Part shown: in pieces, positions 1-7,548 of the stretch | How the letters are laid out: each line of letters opens with the position of its first letter | Position numbering within the stretch: position 1 is the stretch's first letter | NCBI RefSeq assembly: GCF_006345805.1 | Contig: NW_021828764.1 | Coordinates: 1-7,664, forward strand | Direction: 5' to 3' | Length of the DNA stretch: 7,664 nt | Source: Octopus sinensis | Taxonomy: Eukaryota | The notes under the pieces: model-generated | What the model was told of the DNA's origin: nothing | Databases searched by the model: none | The model's input: the letters and a program-made list of their open reading frames with translations, nothing else | Position numbers and translations under genes: made by a program

Positions 1-279
1 ACATCGACGTGATGGTCCTATTGCTGTTGGTGATGATACTGCTGCTGTTGCTACTACGGATAATGAAGGCAAGAACAATGACGGTGATGATAATCGGTGA
101 CGATTGTGATGATCAGTGACGATAATTACGAAGCTGAGGAAGATGGCGCGATGGTCGGTGATGTCGTAGCGATCAAGATGAGGGCTGGTTGTTTGCAGTT
201 GTCTTAATAGTAGTGATAGTGGTAGTAATAATGGTGGTGGTAGTAGTAATGGTAGTAGTAGTAGTAGCAGCAGCAGCAC

Positions 280-348
<69 letters not shown>
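1..348. repeat. Degenerate trinucleotide region grading into (CAG)n and (TAG)16
   Basis: GAT/GGT/GCT-rich cryptic repeats 1-207, TAG/TGG/TAA units 208-267, CAG run 268-300, perfect (TAG)16 at 301-348. Confidence 0.9.
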
Positions 349-408
349 ACTTTTGCTAATGAATCCGTGGTGTCGGTGGTGTTGCTGTCGCTGATACTGC
401 TTCTCCTG

Positions 409-409
<1 letters not shown>

Positions 410-440
<31 letters not shown>

Positions 441-460
441 CGTATATGTATATATATATA

Positions 461-537
<77 letters not shown>

Positions 538-591
538 TATATATATATAACTATATATATATATATAATATATACATAACTATATATATAT
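410..591. repeat. (TA)n microsatellite, interrupted
   Basis: Directly visible TA run with a few interruptions. Confidence 0.97.
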
Positions 592-611
592 GGTAATCAT
601 TACTATTATTA

Positions 612-1532
612 CTAGCAGAAAGACCGCTCCCTTGAGGGTTTCTGCTAGTCAACCGGAGTGTGTGTGTGCATGTGTATGTGCGTAAGAGAGAGAGAGAGAG
701 AGAGAGAGACGGTGGGGGAGGGGGGAGAAATCATTGCAAACAATGAATGAAATAAACATTAAATGAAGAAGTATAAATAAAAGCTCGTTAAAAACTATTT
801 TGTACCGAATATTTAAATTTGTGAACTTGAAATTTTCAATAATAAAAGGAAGTTCAGAAAGGAAATTTCCCTGGAAACTTCAATTTATAAAAAAATCTCA
901 CTTGCTAAGTAAATATTCTTTTCATTAATTTATCGTAGTTGTAATATATCTGTAATATAAACAAACTTCAAGGTTTAGCATGCTAGAAATAGCAGCGATC
1001 ACATAGTCATTTTTGTAAGGCTTGTAGCGCTCTAAATAGCCATATCAACAAAATCACTTCTTAATAAATAAAAAGTTTTCATTTTATTAAAAATAAACAT
1101 CAAAGTTATACAGCTATTTTGTCTAATAGCATTCATGCATTTAATAAATAATTGTTTTACATTACGTATATAGAATAAACTGTGAGTTTTGCAAATAGTG
1201 ATTTAAAAACATTGAAATGAATATATATTAAATTATCATTAATGAGTGAGTGAGAGTGAGCGACTGTTGCAAAAGAAAACGGAAAGTTTCGTCAGCAGCG
1301 AATTAATATTGCTTCTTAAATCTACTCCGCAGTGAATGCAACGAATATTTAAATTTGTGTAAAAATTTGTAGTACCAAATATTCAATAACCTTCAGAAAT
1401 CGAAATTACAGGAAATTTCATGGAACATGAATGTATAAGAAATTTCCAGACGATCAAGCCTTTAATAATTGTTTTCTTTTAGTAACTCTTACATACCTAA
1501 TTAATAAGCAGCTTTCTCCATTATAATATAGA
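612..1532 (-). mobile_element. Non-autonomous Helitron (rolling-circle DNA transposon)
   Basis: Minus strand reads A|TCTATATTATAA (1533|1532...) to ...TTTCTGCTAG|T (612|611): the canonical 5'-TC, 3'-CTRR termini and A-T target with no TSD. A hairpin lies at the 3' end (611-649). Removing the element restores a continuous (ATT)n tract. The interior is AT-rich and non-coding, with (GT)/(AG) microsatellites at 658-709. Confidence 0.72.
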
Positions 1533-1542
1533 TTATTACTAC

Positions 1543-1776
1543 GGCGGCGAGCTGGAAGAATCGTTAGCACGCTCGACGAAATGCTTAGCGGTATTTCGCC
1601 CGTCGCTACGTTCTGAGTTCAAATTCTGCCGAGGTCAACTTTGCCTTTCATTATTTCAGGGTCGATAAATTAAGTACCAGTGAAACACTGAGGGTCAATG
1701 TAATCGACTTGTTCCCTATTCCACAATTTCAGGCCTTGTGTCTATTGTAGAAAGGATTATCATTATTATTATTACT
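1543..1776 (+). mobile_element. tRNA-derived SINE, family A, copy 1
   Basis: Starts GGCGGCGAGCTGG; A-box-like TGGAAGAATCG 1553-1563; B-box-like GAGTTCAAATT 1615-1625; body aligns with the four following copies; (ATT)-rich tail 1756-1776. Resembles octopus tRNA-SINEs from recall, not from a database search. Confidence 0.88.
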
Positions 1777-1778
1777 AA

Positions 1779-1989
1779 GGCGGCGAGCTGGCTGAATCGT
1801 TTGCACGGGGGGCAAAATGTATAGCGGTATTTCGCCCGTCACCACGTTCTGAGTTCAAATTCCCCCGAGGTCGATTTTGCCTTTCATCGTTTTGGGGTCG
1901 ATAAAATACGTACCAGTAAAACACTGGTCTTGATGTAATCGACTTATCCCCTCCCCCAAAATTGCCGCCCTTGTGGCAAAACTTGGAAC

Positions 1990-2040
<51 letters not shown>
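1779..2040 (+). mobile_element. tRNA-derived SINE, family A, copy 2 with (ATT)16 tail
   Basis: GGCGGCGAGCTGGCTGAATCG start, B-box 1851-1861, collinear with copy 1, distinct 3' end (CCCTTGTGGCAAAACTTGGAACC), (ATT)16 at 1991-2038. Confidence 0.88.
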
Positions 2041-2051
2041 TTTCATTTTGC

Positions 2052-2272
2052 AGTCGGCAAAAAAGGAAATTTAGTGCAATGGAGCAAATGCTTACTGGCA
2101 GTTATACTGGTTCTTTACATCATGAAGTTCTGAGTTCAAATCTCACCGAGATCGTCTTTCACTTTGATCCATTCGGGGTCGATGAAATAAGTATCAGCGA
2201 AACACTGGGCTCGATACAATCTACTTGACCCACCCCCAAAATTTAAGGCCTTGTGCTTATAGCAGAAGGAAT
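2052..2272 (+). mobile_element. tRNA-derived SINE, family A, copy 3 (diverged)
   Basis: Degenerate head, GTTCTGAGTTCAAAT 2127-2141, GGGGTCGATGAAATAAGTATCAG, and 3' end GGCCTTGTGCTTATAGCAGAAGGA like copy 1. Confidence 0.8.
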
Positions 2273-2290
2273 TCTTTTTTACGTTTTAAA

Positions 2291-2487
2291 GTTGGCAAGC
2301 TGGCAGAATCGTTAGCACACCGGACATAATGCTTACTGGCATTTCATCCGTCTCTACGTTCTGAGTTCAAATTCCTCTGAAATCGACTTTGCCTTTCATC
2401 CTTTCGGGGTCGATGAAATAAGTATCAGTTGAGCATTGTTCCTTCTTCCTCAGCATTTCACGTCTTGTATCTATAATAGAAAGGATT
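2291..2487 (+). mobile_element. tRNA-derived SINE, family A, copy 4 (internal deletion)
   Basis: GGCAAGCTGGCAGAATCGTTAGCAC head, B-box 2363-2373, lacks the GGTCGATGTAATCGACT segment seen in copies 1-2, ends ATAGAAAGGATT. Confidence 0.83.
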
Positions 2488-2651
2488 GTCGTCGTCGTCG
2501 TCGGTGTTGTTGCTGTTGTTGTTGTTGTTGTTGTTGTTGTTGTCTTCTTCTTCTTCTTCTTCTTCTTCTTCTTCTTCTTCTTCTTCTTCTTCTTCTTCTT
2601 CTTCTTCTTCTTCTTCTTCTATCTTCTTCTATCTTCTTCTTCTTCTTCTTC
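2488..2651 (+). repeat. Compound microsatellite (GTC)5-(GTT)n-(CTT)n
   Basis: (GTC)5 2488-2502, (GTT)n to ~2543, (CTT)n 2544-2651 with two CTA interruptions; directly follows SINE copy 4. Confidence 0.96.
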
Positions 2652-2655
2652 ATTT

Positions 2656-2860
2656 GCATGCTTATAGAATCCTTAGAGTGTCTAACAAAATGTGACGCCG
2701 TTTTGCTTCCGCCTTTTTGCGTTCTGAGTTCAAATCACACTGGCATAAACTTTACCTCTCAGAGACCCTAGAATAACGTACCAGTCAAGTACCGAGGTCA
2801 ATGTAATCGACCAACTCCATTTCTAAAACTACTGGCCTTGTGCCTAAATTAGAAACAATC
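2656..2860 (+). mobile_element. tRNA-derived SINE, family A, copy 5 (highly diverged)
   Basis: TAGAATCCTTAG head remnant, GTTCTGAGTTCAAAT 2721-2735, GTACCAGTCAAGTACCGAGGTCAATGTAATCGAC, GGCCTTGTGCCTAAATTAGAAAC 3' end. Confidence 0.72.
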
Positions 2861-2946
2861 TTTCTCCTCCTCCTCCTTTTCCGCCTCTTCCTCATCGTCG
2901 TCATTGCAAGTATGCAGGTGATTATAGTTAAATGTCATGGTAATTA

Positions 2947-2982
2947 AGAGTGAGAGTGCGAGAAATTAAGAAGAAATAAAAC

Positions 2983-3031
<49 letters not shown>

Positions 3032-3292
3032 GAGGGGGAGAAAGAGAGAGCGGAGAAGGAGGAGAGAAGGTAGAGTAAAAGGTGTGAAGAGAGAGAAGGG
3101 CGCAAGAAATGAAAGCAATTATTGAAAGAAAAAGAAAGATAGAGACGGAAGAAATGAATGAGTTGGTGTCCGTCGAAGATATAGAAGGAAAATCAGAGAT
3201 ATGAAAGAGAGGAAAGTGAGTGAATGAGTGAAAGAGAGAGAGCGATAGAGAGAGAGCGATAGAGAGAGAGAGAAAGAGAGAGGGAGTGGAGA
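2947..3292 (+). repeat. Purine-rich (GA)n low-complexity tract
   Basis: About 345 bp of mostly A/G with perfect (GA)n cores near 2990-3028 and 3232-3280. Confidence 0.93.
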
Positions 3293-3742
3293 AACAAACA
3301 AACAAACCGAAACACAGATAGTGGACAATCAAACAATTCGGATGGTCAAACAAGTCAGACAATGGTAACATTAGACAATCGACTAATAAGACCACCAAGC
3401 AATCAATCGGACATCCGGCAAAACAGTCTCATTGCGTACTCTTGAGACAATCAAATATAACAATCCGACAAAGTCAGAAAATCAAGTAATCCAGCCAATC
3501 ATGCAATTTCTACCGTTTGGATGGTCAAAATATGCAGACAATCAGACAAGTACACAGCAACAACAAACGACGACGACAACAACAACAGCGACAACAATGT
3601 AACAACATAATGTAACAACTCAGACAATCGGACAACCCAGGCGGTCAAACATAACAGATATCCAAAGAATGAGAGGATAAAGAAAAACCCAAATAATCAG
3701 ACGATCAAATAAGCCAGACGAGCAAATAGGCAGACGATCTAA
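3293..3742 (+). repeat. Decayed short-period repeat (unit about CAGACAAT) with an (AAC)/(GAC) patch
   Basis: Many variants: GGACAATC, CAGACAAT, TAGACAATC, GAGACAATC, CAGACAATCAGACAA, CAGACAATCGGACAA, CAGACGATC; (AAC)/(GAC) repeats ~3558-3600. Confidence 0.7.
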
Positions 3743-4051
3743 GAAATATAATGGAAGAAAAACAAAATGGAAAAAAAAATATATACGCACAAAAGACATG
3801 CAGCTGGCTTTGGTGATTTGAAATTATAGATTTCGAATAAAAGGAATGACAAGAATGTCCCTAACAGCCAGAATCTAGGACAAATTCCTGCTGTCCACTC
3901 GATTCCCTCTGTGTCTTTTTATTTTATTTTATTATTATTTTTTTTTATTAACTCCAACACCAACTGCCCTTAACACGTACAATACCATTACCACTGCAAC
4001 TAAAAAGTGAAACTTCCCTCACTGTCCCCTATCATCAGCGCACTTATCTAA

Positions 4052-4478
4052 TGTGTGTATGTATATATGTATATATATGAATGATATGACTGTATGTATT
4101 TATTATATATGCATATGTATATACATACTTATATATGTATGCATATAATAATAGTACACATATATATATATACATATATATATACACACACACACACACA
4201 CCACACACATATATTATATGTATATATATATATATATATCTATATATATATATATATTTATATATTATATGTATATATATATATTGTGTGTGTGTATATA
4301 TATATATCTATGTGTGTGTGTATGTATTATATTTGTAGATATAATGTATAAAGAAAAGAATATATATATAAATACACACACAGAGACACACATATATATG
4401 TATGTAAATACAGATATATACGTACATGTACACAGACACCCATAGCATATATACATATACACATGCACACACACTCAC
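4052..4478. repeat. Mixed (TA)/(CA)/(TG) microsatellite field
   Basis: Directly visible alternating purine-pyrimidine repeats. Confidence 0.93.
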
Positions 4479-4494
4479 GCCAACAAACCCATTT

Positions 4495-4581
4495 CACCAC
4501 CACCACCACCACCACCACCACCATTGTCATCATTCTACTAATGCCTTACATCTTCAATACCCATCCCCACCACAATCACCA

Positions 4582-4616
<35 letters not shown>

Positions 4617-4660
4617 ACCACCACCACCACCACCTTCACCACAACCACCACCACCACCAT
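4495..4660 (+). repeat. (CAC)n/(CGC)n trinucleotide tracts
   Basis: (CAC)n 4495-4523 and 4568-4660 with an embedded (CGC)n run. Confidence 0.95.
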
Positions 4661-4822
4661 CGACATAACTAACTAGTTTTGCCATCAGCTCCAGTCTCTT
4701 GAAATCATTTTATTATATACATATATATATACACACACACACACACGCACACATATATATTGTCTTGGACATTTTTTATTTATTTTTTTTAATATATATT
4801 TTCTTGAGTTTCATCATTTTAG

Positions 4823-4959
4823 ATCCTGTGACCTTTCCGACCACCTCCGCCCGACCCCACCGAGCCACACTTCCATACCACATCATCGACACCACTCCTT
4901 AGCCCAACCCCCTCGGGGGACTTCGTTCACCAAACGCAGAATTGCTCATCGCATTGCAT
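4823..4959 (+). other. Possible internal exon (unverified)
   Basis: Non-repetitive GC-richer island after a T-rich tract ending TTTTAG (AG 4821-4822), with possible donor GTATGC at 4960. One frame is open throughout, but the peptide is not recognisable. Confidence 0.2.
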
Positions 4960-5019
4960 GTATGCATATCAAGCCAGTTAAGGCGTGTACAAGTGATTAA
5001 ATACGGCACGAGATATATT

Positions 5020-5551
5020 CTACACATACACACATACATCACACGTACGAATGTATATATGTATATATGAATGAATGTATGTATGTATGTATGTATGTAT
5101 GTATGTAGTATGTATGTATGTATGCATGAGTATGTATGAGTGTATGAATGTGTGTATGTATGTGTGTATGTATGAATGCATGTATGCATGCATGCGTGGA
5201 TTGATAGATGGATGCATATATGTATAGATAAATATATTCATATATACATTATATATGTATGTATCTATAAATACATGCTCATAAATAAACATACATACAC
5301 ATACATACACATACATATACATATACATATACATATATTATATATATATATATATATATATACATACATATACAATTATACATACATACATGCATATGCA
5401 CATATGTGTCATGTATGCATTTATGTAGGTAATTTCGATTTTATGTGCGTAAACATATGCGCATGTATGGGTATATATGTATGAGAATATATCTTCATAT
5501 ATGCATATCTATTTCTGTAAAGAATATATACATACATATATATATATATAA

Positions 5552-5592
<41 letters not shown>

Positions 5593-5593
5593 T

Positions 5594-5636
<43 letters not shown>

Positions 5637-5690
5637 TTATATATATGATATAGATATATACACACACATATATATGCATACATATATATG
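5020..5690. repeat. Mixed (TATG)n/(TA)n/(CA)n microsatellite field
   Basis: Directly visible. Confidence 0.93.
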
Positions 5691-6013
5691 TCGATGTTTT
5701 AACTTGAGTATTAGATGTTTCACTTTGGCGCATGCGCAATTTCTATTCTATGTGCATTCAAAACGCTTCGGTGTTGACAATGGAAAAGGAAATAACATTG
5801 AGACACACGCTCACAAACACACAAACAAAACAACATACGTGTACGCATACATACAAATACACAGACGTACACATGTAATATATATACATTAATATATAAA
5901 CGTGAACAAGCGACAATGTACGTATTTATTTAGATATGTATTTGCATGTGTATATGCTTGTCTGCTTTTTAGTTCTTTAGCTTTGAGTAAATTTATCAAA
6001 GTCCATGTCAGTC

Positions 6014-6016
<3 letters not shown>

Positions 6017-6050
<34 letters not shown>
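6017..6050 (+). repeat. (TG)n microsatellite
   Basis: Perfect TG run. Confidence 0.97.
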
Positions 6051-6053
<3 letters not shown>

Positions 6054-6169
6054 TTTGTATGAATGTGCGTGCCTATAAAATGAACGAATATATATGGTAT
6101 ATATGTATGTGTACATAAATATAACTATCTCTGCATGCAAATATATTGTTATAGAAGTGTCAGTCCCCC

Positions 6170-6172
<3 letters not shown>

Positions 6173-6208
<36 letters not shown>
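6173..6208. repeat. (AT)n microsatellite flanking Helitron 2
   Basis: Perfect AT run. Confidence 0.97.
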
Positions 6209-6211
<3 letters not shown>

Positions 6212-6579
6212 CAGTATCGCCCGGCATTGCTCGGGTTTGTTTCGACCCTTTAGAATTGGAATTTTTGAAAAGTAAAAATTTAGCATTATGTAGCTTGTTA
6301 TTCTCTTTAAATGAGTATTTTTCTGGTAGAAATACACCGAAAAATGGCGACTCAACAGTCATTAAATCGTAAAAAATAGGGATTTTCATAGAATAAAAGC
6401 ACCTTTTTGATGTAAATAATTTTTGATGTTAACATGGTCCGATTTGAATTTTTTCTCCTACGGAAGGAAGAGCAAACCTTCTATCATATTCTCGATTTTG
6501 GTCAACTTGCGCCGCAGGTTCTCGGAGGAGATAGTGTTAGTTGAAGGCTACCAAACCTGCCATACACAGACAACGTCAG

Positions 6580-6621
<42 letters not shown>
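6208..6621 (-). mobile_element. Non-autonomous Helitron, second family, inserted in (TA)n
   Basis: Minus-strand 3' end ...CTGCTAA|T (CTRR, 6211-6208, target 6207) with GC-rich hairpin CCCGGCATTGCTCGGG (6220-6235) 8 nt inside. The unique body runs to 6580 and merges into (TA)n 6581-6621. The 5' TC is not visible, so that boundary is approximate. Confidence 0.68.
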
Positions 6622-6643
<22 letters not shown>

Positions 6644-6775
6644 TTGTGTGTGTATGTATGTATGTACGCGTATGGTTGTGCGTATATGTGCACATATACA
6701 CATAAGTGCATACGTATATACAAATATATCTATATACCTATACATCTATATATTTCATATACACAAATATATTTT
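6581..6775. repeat. (TA)n then (TG)n and mixed microsatellite
   Basis: (TA)n 6581-6621, (TG)n to ~6651, then degenerate. Confidence 0.93.
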
Positions 6776-6790
6776 TCATCCTTAGATAAA

Positions 6791-7126
6791 AGAATTTTTA
6801 GACGAACGAATTTACCCCCAATACTTTTTTCAAGCCTGGTACTCGTGAGGTGAGGGACAAAGAAACAAAGATACATACACAAACACACACACACAGATAC
6901 ACACAAACACAAGCATATGTACACATGCATACACACACGCAAGCATACACACGCACGTATACACACACACATGACAGGCTTCTTTCAGTTTCCGTCTGCC
7001 AAATCCACTCACAAGTCTTTGGTCAGCTCATGGCAATAGTAGAAGACACTTTATCAAGGTTCCACGCAGTGGACTGGATCCGGAGCCATGTTGTTGGGAA
7101 GCAAATTTCTTACTATGGAGCCACGC
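6791..7126 (-). mobile_element. tRNA-derived, CORE-like SINE, family B, with internal microsatellite
   Basis: Minus strand: GTGGCTCCATAGTAAG (A-box-like), GGATCCAGTCC (degenerate B-box, + 7071-7081), CCTTGATAAAGTGTCTTCTACTATTG...GGAAACTGAAAGAAGCC (CORE-like CCTTGGGCAAG variant, + 6977-7059), (TG)-rich middle 6862-6972, 3' module AGTACCAGGCTTGAAAAAAGTATTGGGGGTAAATTCGTTCGTCT (+ ~6800-6843). Family resemblance to octopus SINEs is from recall. Confidence 0.78.
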
Positions 7127-7129
7127 TTA

Positions 7130-7182
7130 CTTATGTATACATACATACATACATACACAGACACAGACACACACACACACAC

Positions 7183-7259
<77 letters not shown>

Positions 7260-7295
7260 CATGCATACATGTATGTGTGTATGCATGTATGTATG
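7130..7295. repeat. (CATA)/(CA)n/(TA)/(TG) microsatellite
   Basis: Long (CA)n ~7165-7244 plus flanking mixed units. Confidence 0.95.
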
Positions 7296-7548
7296 TTTAA
7301 CATTGTCCCAAAAGAGATCAAGGAGGAAAAGGATCCCATCAACTTTAAACAGAGTCTGGACAGATTTCTTCAAGAAATACCGGATAAGCCACCCATACCT
7401 GGATACAACTCACACAACAAGAACTCACTACTTGATTGGACCATAAACAAACTTGACTTAAAAAGGATTTAGATAATCCTATCAGGTGGTGCTATTAAGT
7501 TAGACATGGCCTGGACCAATCTTTGGTGGAAACATGTCCAAGTTTTAT
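7296..7548 (+). mobile_element. 5'-truncated 3' end of a CR1/L2-group non-LTR retrotransposon (ORF2 C-terminus plus 3' UTR)
   Basis: 7296-7472 encodes FNIVPKEIKEEKDPINFKQSLDRFLQEIPDKPPIPGYNSHNKNSLLDW...stop. This matches the FNxLPxxI...FKxxLDxFL..IPD.P..PGY...NSL pattern at the end of CR1/L2-group ORF2 proteins. A short UTR with a potential stem (GACATG 7503-7508 / CATGTC 7533-7538) and an AT tail follow. Confidence 0.75.

Noticed and set aside
1543-2860. CRISPR-like or tRNA-array reading of the regularly recurring GTTCTGAGTTCAAAT
   Set aside because: Spacing is 231-363 bp, the intervening sequences are homologous rather than unique, no cas genes are present, and no complete cloverleaf forms. 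They are SINE copies.
1855-3398. ORFs with poly-I, poly-L, poly-S, poly-R/Q and LSLS runs
   Set aside because: They are translations of (ATT)n, (GTT)n, (CTT)n and (GA)n tracts plus SINE sequence; no domain or coding signal.
3915-4050. Possible minus-strand poly(A) signal and A-rich tail of a retrocopy
   Set aside because: No TSD or recognisable body; A/T-rich runs are common in this window.
4495-4660. G-quadruplex potential of (GGT)n/(GGC)n on the minus strand, and Z-DNA potential of (CA)n tracts
   Set aside because: These are generic properties of abundant microsatellites with nothing locus-specific.
4094-5892. Many overlapping YI/HT/CV-rich and poly-H/P/T ORFs
   Set aside because: Dinucleotide and (CAC)n repeats lack stops in several frames; these are artefacts.
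6785-6855. Possible small exon (TTAG acceptor, GAG|GTGAGG donor)
   Set aside because: The segment is better explained as the 3' module of the minus-strand family B SINE.
5889-7446. Longer ORFs (166 aa, 120 aa, 198 aa)
   Set aside because: They run across microsatellites, a Helitron and a SINE. Only 7296-7472 has a recognisable protein motif (LINE ORF2 end).
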